DNA of 64,000 nucleotides from Candidatus Omnitrophota bacterium (GTDB lineage Bacteria; Omnitrophota; Omnitrophia; Omnitrophales; Aquincolibacteriaceae): NCBI GenBank assembly GCA_023247055.1, contig JAHFHF010000003.1, positions 36,367 to 100,366 of the forward strand, read 5' to 3'. Shown piece by piece: positions 46,131 to 54,643 of this stretch (position 1 is its first letter; each line of letters starts with the position of its first letter). The notes under the pieces were generated by a model. It saw only the letters and a program-made list of their open reading frames with translations, ran no database searches and was not told where the DNA came from. The position numbers and the translations under genes were made by a program.

Positions 46131-47015
46131 ATGAACCAGTGCGAACTTTGCGGCATTGAGTTGGGCGCGGACCTTCCGGAATGCCCCCAATGCGACACGC
46201 CGGCCAATAAAAAAAGACTGGAAGCCATTATCCAGGAAACCATTCAGCTGGCTGCTCAAGATGAGAAAGCTGCGCAAGGGCCGCACGATTTTCTCTTTCA
46301 AATTGCTAATTTTTACCGTCTGTGCGGGGAGTATGACGAAGCGCTTGTCTGGTATGAGCGGGCGGCCAAGAGTAACTCAAAAAATCCTGAATATATGCGC
46401 TCGATGGGCAGCACGCTGGCTGCCAAGGGAGAGTACCGCAGTGCTATTGAAATGCTCGAAAAAGCGGTGGCCATGGCGCCCCAGTATCCCGATTATCACA
46501 GCGACCTCGGCGCCGCTTATTTCAAAGAGGGGCACTACGACGAAGCCATCCGGGTTTTTCGGAAGGCGCTTGAACTCAATCCCAGTTATGCCAATGCTCA
46601 TAACAATCTCGGACTTGCGTACCGCAAAAAAGGAAAATTTCAGGAAGCGCACGATGAAATTAAAAAAGCCACAGAACTCGAGCCGCAGTACGCCGTGGCC
46701 ACGTATGACCTGGGGCTGTCGTATTACCGCGGCGGTATGTTCAGCCAGCTCCAGACGTCGGTGCGGATCAATGCCAAAATTCTCGGAGACAGTTACTTCC
46801 TGCGTAAAGATTATCAGGAGGCCGCGCGTTATTACGCCATCGCCGTGCATGTGCACCCCAAATATGCCGATCTGCGCTATCATCTGGGCAAGGCTTGTGC
46901 GGCGGCCGGCCGTAACGCCGAGGCCGGTGAGGCTTTTGACGAAGCCCTGCGTATCAACCCTAATTACGCGCAGGCCAAAGAGGCCTTAGCTAAACTCAAA
47001 GAAGGTTCAAAATGA
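46131..47015 (+). CDS. TPR-repeat protein with an N-terminal zinc-ribbon
   Basis: CELCG…CPQCD, then 5 or more TPR units (AxxYxxxGxY patterns). Confidence 0.6.
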   Translation: MNQCELCGIELGADLPECPQCDTPANKKRLEAIIQETIQLAAQDEKAAQGPHDFLFQIANFYRLCGEYDEALVWYERAAKSNSKNPEYMRSMGSTLAAKGEYRSAIEMLEKAVAMAPQYPDYHSDLGAAYFKEGHYDEAIRVFRKALELNPSYANAHNNLGLAYRKKGKFQEAHDEIKKATELEPQYAVATYDLGLSYYRGGMFSQLQTSVRINAKILGDSYFLRKDYQEAARYYAIAVHVHPKYADLRYHLGKACAAAGRNAEAGEAFDEALRINPNYAQAKEALAKLKEGSK

Positions 47016-48121
47016 TTCCATTGAAAAAAAAATATTTTCTGGGAATGGCAGCGGCAGCGGTTGCGGTTGCGATCTTGGGAATTGTCGTTTGGAGTGCCCA
47101 CCGTAATGCAAAAAAAGAACAACCCCGCATGGCGGTGGTTGAAAAAAAAGATGTGGTGGATTCAATCCAGTTTCGCGGTACGGTGGTCTCAGCGCGGAAA
47201 GTTCCTATTTCTGCCGAGGCCAGTGGGCAGGTGGTGAAGCTGTATGTGCGCCAAGGCGAGCGCGTTGAAAAAGGAGCCCCTCTGTTGGAAATTGACCCCA
47301 CCCAGCTGACCAGCAAAGTCGATCGCCAAAAAATAATGGTCGAAAAATCACAAGTGATGTTTGCCAACAGCGAAAAGGAATTAGCCAGGGCGGAAGAGCT
47401 TTTTAAGGAAAGCCTGATCACCGAATCCCAGTTGGAGGACTTTAAGAAAACAAAAGAGCTGACCAAACTGGACTCAGAAATGGCCAGGAAGGAGCTGGAT
47501 GCCTTGGACCAGCAGTTAAGTAAGGTGGTGATCAAGGCGCCGATTTCAGGGATTGTGACCGCAAAGGACGTTGAAGAAGGAGAAGTGGTGGCGAGCACGG
47601 TCGAGAGCAATGCGGGCAAGGTGCTGCTGGTCATTACTGAAGACACCCACAAAGGGATTGAGGCCATGGTTTCCGATGTCGAGCGCGCGGTTCTGAAAAT
47701 GGACCAGCCGGTTTTTGTCTGGCTGGATGTCGATGCCGGCAAGCGCTACGCCGCAAAAATTTCAAAAATGGATGCGGCCGCAGCCCAGGCGGATGGCGCA
47801 AAGCAGAACGACGGCGCCGCCAAGGCCGGTCCAAGCCAGTTTCGTATTGAAGTGGAGATTCTTGGGGGCCAGGAAGATTTCATTCTTGGCTCCAATGCCA
47901 CGATTGAGGCGGTTTTGCAGGAGGCTCGGGGTGTTTTAAGCATTCCCATCGAAGCCCTGTTTCGTGAGGGTGAGCAGGCCTGGGTTTATGTCGCTGCGGC
48001 GCGTTCAGGGGCTGAAAAGCGGCCGGTTGTAGCCGGCACAAGCAGTGTGGACCGCGTCGAAATCAAAGAAGGGCTGAGTGCGGGAGAAAAAGTCCTGCTC
48101 GAAGAGCCCTCCATCGAGTAA
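47012..48121 (+). CDS. Efflux-pump periplasmic adaptor (HlyD/MacA family)
   Basis: N-terminal TM, a coiled-coil hairpin and a beta-barrel domain. Confidence 0.7.
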   Translation: MIPLKKKYFLGMAAAAVAVAILGIVVWSAHRNAKKEQPRMAVVEKKDVVDSIQFRGTVVSARKVPISAEASGQVVKLYVRQGERVEKGAPLLEIDPTQLTSKVDRQKIMVEKSQVMFANSEKELARAEELFKESLITESQLEDFKKTKELTKLDSEMARKELDALDQQLSKVVIKAPISGIVTAKDVEEGEVVASTVESNAGKVLLVITEDTHKGIEAMVSDVERAVLKMDQPVFVWLDVDAGKRYAAKISKMDAAAAQADGAKQNDGAAKAGPSQFRIEVEILGGQEDFILGSNATIEAVLQEARGVLSIPIEALFREGEQAWVYVAAARSGAEKRPVVAGTSSVDRVEIKEGLSAGEKVLLEEPSIE

Positions 48122-48123
48122 CG

Positions 48124-49347
48124 ATGCTGCTGCAGGAAAGCATCGATGTTGGAATTAAAGAATTATGGGCCAATAAGGCCCGCTCTTTCTTAAGCGTTTT
48201 CGGCATTATCATCGGCATTATTTCATTGATGGTCATGATGGGAATCATGGCCGGCATCGAGCGCACTTGGGTGAAATACGTCCAGGAAATCGGCGGTATT
48301 GAAAAAGCCACGGTGTCGTCCGTCACGCCGGTCGTCAACGGCAAGCCGCATCCGGAATTGATGAAACCCTTGACGCTCAATGACACGGCCCTGATCCGGC
48401 GCCATCCGCTGGTGCGGCTTGTTTCCCCGGAAATCGTTACCTATCAAACTGTGACCGCGCAGGGCCGGCGCCCTGTCTTTCTCAAAATCGTCGGCGGTAC
48501 GCGCCATACCCTGACCCTCAACCGCCAGACGCTTGCCGCCGGCCGGGACCTTACGGACGAGGACGATGCGCGTTTTAAAAGCGTGTGCATTCTCGGGGCC
48601 AATGTCAGCGATAAACTTTTCGGGCCGCATGCCAGCCCGGTGGGAAAAATCATCGAAATCCGCGGGCAGTCTTTTAAAGTCATCGGGCTGTTGAAAAAAA
48701 ACGTCCTTATGCAAAAAGGCAAAAACCTGCTGAATTTTAAAAATGAAGTGATTTATGTGCCGCTGGCCGCCGTTCCCCGGAAACTGGACCCTGAAGAGAA
48801 AATAGAACAAATTCATTATCTCGTGCGTTCGCGCAGCCATATTGCCGCGGCCCAGAAGGCACTGGAGCAGCAGTTGGTCCGCAATCACCGCGGCCAGGCC
48901 GATGTGGCGATTGAAACCCAGGAAGAACGCTACTTGAAATCTAAAAAATCATTCGACACCATGAAGATCAGTTTCAGCCTGATCTCCGGCATCTCGCTGG
49001 TGGTGGGGGGAATTGGCATCATGAACATCATGATTGCCAGCATCGCCCAGCGCGTGCGCGAAATCGGCATTCGCAAAGCCGTGGGTGCCACGGCCCGTGA
49101 TATTCTGGCTCAGTTTTTGATTGAGACTACGGTTATCAGCACCCTTGGCGGGTTTTTCGGAATTTTGCTATCGTTTGCAGCCGTGTTCCTTATCCGGCTG
49201 TTTATGACCACGATGGATCCGGTGATTGATTTCAAAGCCGTCCTGCTTTCCATGGTTTTTTCCTTTTTCGTCGGCATTCTCTTCGGCATTTACCCCGCCA
49301 TCAAAGCCGCCGAGTTCGATCCCATTGAAGCGTTGAGGTATCAGTAA
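48124..49347 (+). CDS. ABC transporter permease (FtsX/MacB-type)
   Basis: N-terminal TM, a large periplasmic domain, and a C-terminal 3-TM FtsX domain. Confidence 0.75.
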   Translation: MLLQESIDVGIKELWANKARSFLSVFGIIIGIISLMVMMGIMAGIERTWVKYVQEIGGIEKATVSSVTPVVNGKPHPELMKPLTLNDTALIRRHPLVRLVSPEIVTYQTVTAQGRRPVFLKIVGGTRHTLTLNRQTLAAGRDLTDEDDARFKSVCILGANVSDKLFGPHASPVGKIIEIRGQSFKVIGLLKKNVLMQKGKNLLNFKNEVIYVPLAAVPRKLDPEEKIEQIHYLVRSRSHIAAAQKALEQQLVRNHRGQADVAIETQEERYLKSKKSFDTMKISFSLISGISLVVGGIGIMNIMIASIAQRVREIGIRKAVGATARDILAQFLIETTVISTLGGFFGILLSFAAVFLIRLFMTTMDPVIDFKAVLLSMVFSFFVGILFGIYPAIKAAEFDPIEALRYQ

Positions 49348-49351
49348 GCTT

Positions 49352-49771
49352 CTACTTTTCCAGCATATTGAGGAATTGGGCAGTGGTATAAACGGGGATA
49401 GAAATTTTTTCAAAGTCTCTGTCATTGGACCAGAGGGGGACATTTTCCTTTAAGGCTAAGGCCAATAGATGAACATCATCAGGATCCCTGTCTTTTAAAA
49501 ACTTTTCGGCACTTGCAAAATGACTTTTGTAATATCTTTCGGGGAAAGCATGAAGGGGCAGCATTTTTAACTGCCACGAAAGAGCCCTTTCATCCAATCG
49601 ATACTTTGAGGCAAGACGGGGGATATATTCTTCGACTTCTTGGATATTGGATAGGGTCGTAATAAATTCTATGGATGCGTGGGCAAAAATTCGGAGAGCG
49701 GCTTTTCCAATGACCGCTGAGAGGATAACGTTACTATCGGCTGCGACTTTTTTTAAACTCTCGGAAGTCAT
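49352..49771 (-). CDS. vapC: PIN-domain toxin (VapC-like)
   Basis: PIN-fold acidic residues (…DSNVIL…E…SNDRDF…). Confidence 0.55.
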   Translation of the reverse strand: MTSESLKKVAADSNVILSAVIGKAALRIFAHASIEFITTLSNIQEVEEYIPRLASKYRLDERALSWQLKMLPLHAFPERYYKSHFASAEKFLKDRDPDDVHLLALALKENVPLWSNDRDFEKISIPVYTTAQFLNMLEK

Positions 49772-49997
49772 CTAAAATTTCTTTCTCTTGAACCTTTTCT
49801 TTTCCCAGACGTTTTGCGATATACCCTCCGAGTGTCATCACGAATTCTCTTTTTAATTCGATGGGAATATCTGCTGTCGCGGTGAGTGGAAGAAAGCAAC
49901 CGATCATTTTACCGCTACGGGTCACAATGACCATTTCACCTCTTCGGGTATAACCGGAAACGCCGCTTCGGAACTGCCGGATGGATGCAAGTCGCAT
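49734..49997 (-). CDS. vapB: Antitoxin (Phd/YefM-like)
   Basis: …EMVIVTRSGKMIGCFLPL…, resembling the Phd/YefM N-terminal strand. Lies upstream of the PIN gene and overlaps it. Confidence 0.45.
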   Translation of the reverse strand: MRLASIRQFRSGVSGYTRRGEMVIVTRSGKMIGCFLPLTATADIPIELKREFVMTLGGYIAKRLGKEKVQEKEILDDFREFKKSRSR

Positions 49998-50371
49998 AGC
50001 CTACCTCCTTGACTTGAAAGAAGTGTAACGGACATTCCGGAAAGTGTCAAGAATTGTGCACACAAACTTTTGATAAAAAAACACCTTCCGCCGGGACGCC
50101 TCTGCGGTTAGTCCTTGATGGCTGCCTGTCTTTTTTTTGTCTGTCACTTGGGGCTGATTCCAACACACTCTCCTAATACCAACCCTTCTAATGTTCTAAC
50201 TCATTCTGCATCAAGGCATTAAAACTAACTTTTACGTTTGAATATGATTGGTTTTAGCACGCGCTAACAAGGCCTTGCTACGTCTTGAAACCCGCAAAAT
50301 CATGGTGTACGACTTAATTAACACCTGCACTTTGACGCAGGTACAAAATTGTTTGAAAGGGAGACTTACAA

Positions 50372-50767
50372 ATGAAAACAGAAAAAAACTTGATTGTGAT
50401 GGCAATGATTTTTGCGCTGGTGTTTGGTTTTTCCAGCATTGGCTCGGTATATGCGATGAGTATGGACGATGCGGATTTTGCGCCGGCTGAAGCTGAGGAA
50501 GTTAGCGCCGCAATGGATGAGTCTATTGCGGAGGCTGCCACGGATGATGCAGCTGATTTTCCCGATGATGCGGATATCGCGGATACGGAGACTGAAGATA
50601 CCGCTGAAGATCCTATTGAGGATATTGGCGATGTTGATATGGGGGATGCGGGAGACTGTAGCACCTCAAATTGCGGTGCTTGTCTAACAAGTTCGAAATG
50701 TTCAGCAAATGCTTCCGCGTGCAATTGGGATACGACAAAAAGTCCAAAATGTCAAATAAGCAAATAA
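50372..50767 (+). CDS. Secreted protein with an extremely acidic linker and a C-terminal 7-Cys module
   Basis: Signal peptide MKTEKNLIVMAMIFALVFGFSSIGSVYA, ~67 aa with ~40% Asp/Glu, then CSTSNCGACLTSSKCSANASACNWDTTKSPKCQ. RBS AAAGGGAGA. Confidence 0.55.
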   Translation: MKTEKNLIVMAMIFALVFGFSSIGSVYAMSMDDADFAPAEAEEVSAAMDESIAEAATDDAADFPDDADIADTETEDTAEDPIEDIGDVDMGDAGDCSTSNCGACLTSSKCSANASACNWDTTKSPKCQISK

Positions 50768-50790
50768 CTAACTGTTACCAGGTAGCCGGG

Positions 50791-50816
50791 TAACCGGACC
50801 ACGGGGAGACGTTAGC
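50791..50816 (+). other. Conserved motif copy B (TAACCGGACC-ACGGGGAGACGTTAGC)
   Basis: See 24844-24875. Confidence 0.5.
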
Positions 50817-50919
50817 TTGAGGTAACCGTAAAAAAGGGGGACAGTCTGAGCTGACCCGGATTTGACAGACGGTTTAATTAAGATGCAAACCGCTTCTCTG
50901 CTTCCTCGCGAATAACCGA

Positions 50920-50951
50920 TAACCGGACGCCGTCCACGGGGAGAGGTTAGC
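50920..50951 (+). other. Conserved motif copy C (TAACCGGACGCCGTCCACGGGGAGAGGTTAGC)
   Basis: See 24844-24875. Confidence 0.5.
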
Positions 50952-51063
50952 AGACAGGTCTTAAGAGGTCAGGGTTTTACATTTTGGCAAAGGTGACAGA
51001 CACCCTTTTGGGGACAGGCACCTTGAGGTAGCAGTTTAGTTAAGCAGTCTCCTTTTCAAACAG

Positions 51064-51102
51064 CCGCCGGCGGGTGAAAGCCCTCCGGCGGTTGTTTTTT
51101 TG
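51064..51102 (+). terminator. Rho-independent terminator (GC stem ccgccggcggg-tgaaag-ccctccggcgg + T7), copy 1
   Basis: ~12-bp GC-rich stem, 6-nt loop and 7 Ts. Confidence 0.75.
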
Positions 51103-51195
51103 TTCCTCTCGCTGTGATACAAACGCCTTGACTATTTCATAATAGCAAATATATAATTAATTAATATTCATAATTCTTAAGCTTGACATTATAAC

Positions 51196-51211
51196 TTTAA
51201 AGTTATATTCT
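51196..51211. promoter_or_regulatory. Perfect palindrome ATAACTTTAAAGTTAT upstream of higB copy 2 (candidate TA autoregulatory operator)
   Basis: Preceded by ttgacattat (a -35-like box). Paralogous to 24481-24498. Confidence 0.5.
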
Positions 51212-51213
51212 TT

Positions 51214-51582
51214 ATGCAGAAACAAATTGTTTATTATGTTGATGGCCGTGGGTTGAATCCCGTATGGCGTTTTATCGAGTCGCTGCCGGCACAGGAAAGA
51301 GACAAGTGTCTCGAATACATTGCCTATCTCGAAGAAACCGGGGAAAACGTCCGGCGGCCTGCCGGGGATTATCTGGGTGGGAAACTCTACGAGCTAAGGC
51401 CGAAACAAAACCGCTTGATTTACTTTTTTATGCTGAGAAATCATGTGGTTCTTGTGCATGCGTTCCGAAAAAAAACGAGCGAGATCCCTGAGCGAGAGAT
51501 GGCGATTGCACGAAGTCGTAGGGATGATTTTATCCGCCGGTTTGAAGATGGGCTTGTGTACCTAGGAGGGCTGCAAAAATGA
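51214..51582 (+). CDS. higB: RelE/ParE-superfamily toxin (HigB/Gp49-like), copy 2
   Basis: About 70% identical to the copy at 24108-24476. Confidence 0.65.
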   Translation: MQKQIVYYVDGRGLNPVWRFIESLPAQERDKCLEYIAYLEETGENVRRPAGDYLGGKLYELRPKQNRLIYFFMLRNHVVLVHAFRKKTSEIPEREMAIARSRRDDFIRRFEDGLVYLGGLQK

Positions 51583-51887
51583 AACCAATCAAAGCGCCGG
51601 CTCACCGGGAACTGGTGAAGGCGTATTTAAAAGATAAAAAATTTCGCCGAAAAATCGAGGCCGGTGTTCAGAGGCTTAGAGTGATCCGGCAAATCATTGA
51701 GTTGCGGGAAGGCACAGGGCTTACTCAGGCAGAATTAGCACGGCGCATCGGCGTATCGCAGCCGTTCATTGCAAAAATTGAAAATGATGAGGCCGGCAAC
51801 TTAAGTCTGGAAACACTTGTCCGAATCGTTGATGCGCTGAATGGTGAAATTGAAATTCAAATTCGTGCTGCCAAGCGAGCTGCCTAG
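51579..51887 (+). CDS. higA: HTH XRE-family antitoxin (HigA-like), copy 2
   Basis: LTQAELARRIGVSQPFIAKIENDE. About 75% identical to the copy at 23803-24111. Confidence 0.7.
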   Translation: MKPIKAPAHRELVKAYLKDKKFRRKIEAGVQRLRVIRQIIELREGTGLTQAELARRIGVSQPFIAKIENDEAGNLSLETLVRIVDALNGEIEIQIRAAKRAA

Positions 51888-51903
51888 AAAGTGCCAGGGG
51901 CAA

Positions 51904-51942
51904 CCGCCGGCGGGTGAAAGCCCTCCGGCGGTTGTTTTTTTG
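51904..51942 (+). terminator. Rho-independent terminator, copy 2 (39 bp identical to 51064-51102)
   Basis: Identical sequence ccgccggcgggtgaaagccctccggcggttgtttttttg. Confidence 0.75.
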
Positions 51943-52004
51943 GAGAAAAAATGCTAGCCAATTTAAATATTGTCTCATCCGATAAAACGGGCTAACCTAG
52001 CTGG

Positions 52005-53669
52005 ATGGATCAGACGTTCGCTCGACTTGCCGGACAGCAGCTCATGCTTGGAGTTCCCGGGAATCTTTCTCTGAATGAAACGATCCGTCTTTTTCAGGAC
52101 ACGCAGGCTGCAGGCCTGATTGTCTTCCGCCGTAATTTTCCCAATGCCGCTGGATTTCGTACCTGGCTGAGCGCGCTTGAAAATGCCTTGGAGCGCCGCC
52201 TGCTGGTGGCCGTGGACCATGAAGGCGGCCGGGTCATTCATCTTCAGGAGGGCGTTACTTATTTTCCTGATAATTTGGCGTTGGGCTGGACGGGTTCCGA
52301 AGAGTATGCCCGCCGGCAGGGAGAAATGGAAGCCGCTGAATTGCGCCGCCTCGGCATTGATCTCAACCTGGCACCTACGCTGGATGTGCTGACCGCGGCG
52401 TACAGTCCGAATATCGGCATCCGCTCCTATGGCAAGGACGCCCAACTTGTTTCGCGTCTGGGTACGGCCCGCATCCGGGCCATGCAAGCGGGCGGGCTTT
52501 CCGCCTGCGCCAAGCATTTTCCCGGCCAAGGCCAGTCGTCCCTGGATGCGCATCTGGATTTACCCGTGCTGCCGACGGACAAAAAAGAATTTGATGCGAT
52601 CCATAGCCTGCCTTTTAAAGCTGCCATCCAAGCCGGCGTCGACACAGTCATGACGTCACATCCCGTTTATTCGGCGCTTGATCCTTCCGCTAAAATTCCT
52701 GCAACCTTTTCACGGACAATCGCACACGGATTTTTGCGTGAGGAACTCGGCTTTCAAGGAGTCATTCTAAGCGATGACCTTGAAATGGGGGCTCTGAAAC
52801 ACTTCGGAAATATCGGCAACTCCGCTGTGCAAGCGGTCAAAGCAGGGCATGATATGATTTTAATTTGCTCCGACCCGGCAGCGGCGCGCGAAGCCGCGCA
52901 AAAATTAACACAGGCTTATTCTGAAAAAGAAATTCCAATGCGTGAATTGGAAGCAAGCTGTGAAAGACTTCAGCGGCTTTTAGCAAAACGGGAGGAGCGC
53001 TTCAGCGGGCCCGTGGCTTTTGCCGAACCGCAGGGAAAGCCCCTTGCGTTGAAGATTGCCCAAGCCGGCCTTATGCGCTGGCAAACCGCCGAGGGACAAA
53101 CGCCTGCAGGAAAAATGCACGAAGACGAAAAGACGCTGGTGCTTTATCCGCGCATTTCGGTTTTGGGCGAGCGAATTGCCATGGAACCGGAGATGCAAAA
53201 CGATGAAGCTTTTATCCGGCAGTTATTTGAATCGGCGAAAGGAGTTTTTTCGTTTTTAACTTTGGCCCTTGATCCGGATATGGAAGAGCAAGAAGCCATT
53301 CTTCAGGCCGCGGCCGGTGCCGGACAAACGCTTTTCTTTTGTTTTGATCCGCATCTTTATCCGGCCAGCCGCAAACTTCTGAATGCGTTGGAAGAAAAAA
53401 TTCCTAATCTGACCGTGATTTTTTTGCGCGACCCTTTTGGCGCAGATCTTCTTGCAAAAAAAACGCCGTATTTCTATGCCTTTGGTTTTCGGTCAGCGCA
53501 AATTCGAGCGGCCGTTAATTTTTTTTGTCATCCTGAATCTTTCTATTGTCATTCTGAGCAAAGCGAAGAATCTCGAGCTCAGGATAAACTGCGAAGGATT
53601 CCGCTTCGAGATTCTTCGCCCCTCACAAATGCTTCGCGGACTCAGAATGACAAGGGAACAGAACCATGA
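52005..53669 (+). CDS. nagZ: Beta-N-acetylhexosaminidase (GH3, NagZ-like) with a long C-terminal extension
   Basis: …AVDHEGGRV…KHFPGQGQSSLDAHLDLP…ILSDDLEMGAL. The last ~50 codons (from ~53520) are a translated GTCATCCTGA repeat, so the true stop is probably earlier. Confidence 0.7.
   Translation: MDQTFARLAGQQLMLGVPGNLSLNETIRLFQDTQAAGLIVFRRNFPNAAGFRTWLSALENALERRLLVAVDHEGGRVIHLQEGVTYFPDNLALGWTGSEEYARRQGEMEAAELRRLGIDLNLAPTLDVLTAAYSPNIGIRSYGKDAQLVSRLGTARIRAMQAGGLSACAKHFPGQGQSSLDAHLDLPVLPTDKKEFDAIHSLPFKAAIQAGVDTVMTSHPVYSALDPSAKIPATFSRTIAHGFLREELGFQGVILSDDLEMGALKHFGNIGNSAVQAVKAGHDMILICSDPAAAREAAQKLTQAYSEKEIPMRELEASCERLQRLLAKREERFSGPVAFAEPQGKPLALKIAQAGLMRWQTAEGQTPAGKMHEDEKTLVLYPRISVLGERIAMEPEMQNDEAFIRQLFESAKGVFSFLTLALDPDMEEQEAILQAAAGAGQTLFFCFDPHLYPASRKLLNALEEKIPNLTVIFLRDPFGADLLAKKTPYFYAFGFRSAQIRAAVNFFCHPESFYCHSEQSEESRAQDKLRRIPLRDSSPLTNASRTQNDKGTEP
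53520..53640. repeat. GTCATCCTGA/GTCATTCTGAGC…GAAGAATCTC repeat copies
   Basis: gtcatcctgaatc, ttgtcattctgagcaaagcgaagaatctcgagctc…cgcttcgagattcttcgccc. Confidence 0.65.
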
Positions 53670-54175
53670 AAAAATCACTTTTGATTGACGGGTATAATCT
53701 TATTTTTGCGCATGCGGGGCTGCGTGAAAAAATGACGCCCAAGCCGGAGGCCGCGCGCCGGGCTTTGATCGATCTCTGCCGTGTTTTTGCCGGCCGACGG
53801 CGCGATTTGAACCGGGTCTGGGTTGTTTTTGACGGCCAGGAAGATGCCTTTAACCTGCCGCCCGGAGAAACCGCGGGCGTCTGCGAAATTTATACGCGGG
53901 CCGGGGAAACCGCGGACAAGCGCATGGCGCGGATTGTGCGCGACGAGGGCGAGGAAGCAGGCTGGATTGTGGTCTCCAATGACCGTGCGGTCCTTGACCG
54001 CTGTTATTCGTACGGCGCCGAACGCATGCAGGCCTCGCAGTTTGCGCGCGAACTGGAAGGAAAACCGGCTCAGTCAGAAAGTTCCAGAAAGACTTCCGGT
54101 GCGGAGGAAAAGAAAATGACGCCCCGTGATGCGGCGGATATTACGGCGGAATATAAAAAACGGTTAGGCTTGTAG
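53666..54175 (+). CDS. NYN-domain protein (YacP/Rae1-like putative ribonuclease)
   Basis: LLIDGYNLIF… N-terminus and NYN-like acidic residues. Confidence 0.55.
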   Translation: MKKSLLIDGYNLIFAHAGLREKMTPKPEAARRALIDLCRVFAGRRRDLNRVWVVFDGQEDAFNLPPGETAGVCEIYTRAGETADKRMARIVRDEGEEAGWIVVSNDRAVLDRCYSYGAERMQASQFARELEGKPAQSESSRKTSGAEEKKMTPRDAADITAEYKKRLGL

Positions 54176-54250
54176 ATTGCTTCGGCTTCAGTGGAACCCT
54201 GCCTCGCAATGACGAGGTTGCTTTTACTCACGACTGACAACCCACGACTC

Positions 54251-54643
54251 ATGACTGATTTTATGGATTTTAAATTCCGCGTCTGGCACCAGCCGGAAAA
54301 AAAACTTTATTACGCCGGTTATCAAAAGCTTTCTCACGTGCTGCTTTGCGACGATGATCGCGGTGCGAATCAGGGCCGCGGCATTCCGGTCAAAGATGCC
54401 CGCTATGACGACTGCGAATTCCTCCAAGGGACGGGGGTTTTCGACCGCCATGAGCGTGAGATTTACGAAGGCGACCGCGTGCGGATTTTTCTCAAAGACC
54501 GTACGCTGGAAGGAACCGTTGAAAATGTGCCGGACATGTATAAATCCCGCGGCCTTCATCCCATGCAGGAACTCTTGGATCGGTTGGCAATTCCTGCGGA
54601 TGCAGAAATGACCTTCGAAGTTTTAGGCAACCGCTATGAATAA
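54251..54643 (+). CDS. YopX-like (phage-associated) hypothetical protein
   Basis: MDFKFRVWHQPEKKLYYAG resembles the YopX N-terminus. The region upstream of 54250 is a GTCATTGCGAG repeat. Confidence 0.4.
   Translation: MTDFMDFKFRVWHQPEKKLYYAGYQKLSHVLLCDDDRGANQGRGIPVKDARYDDCEFLQGTGVFDRHEREIYEGDRVRIFLKDRTLEGTVENVPDMYKSRGLHPMQELLDRLAIPADAEMTFEVLGNRYE

Noticed and set aside
46156-46989. 277-aa alternative-frame ORF inside the TPR gene
   Set aside because: An Arg/Ser/Pro-rich out-of-frame translation. The TPR frame beginning at 46131 has an RBS and repeat structure.
49734-49771. 38-bp overlap between vapB and vapC as evidence of a frameshifted fusion
   Set aside because: Both frames are intact. 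Overlapping toxin-antitoxin genes are common, and an alternative internal start for vapC is plausible.
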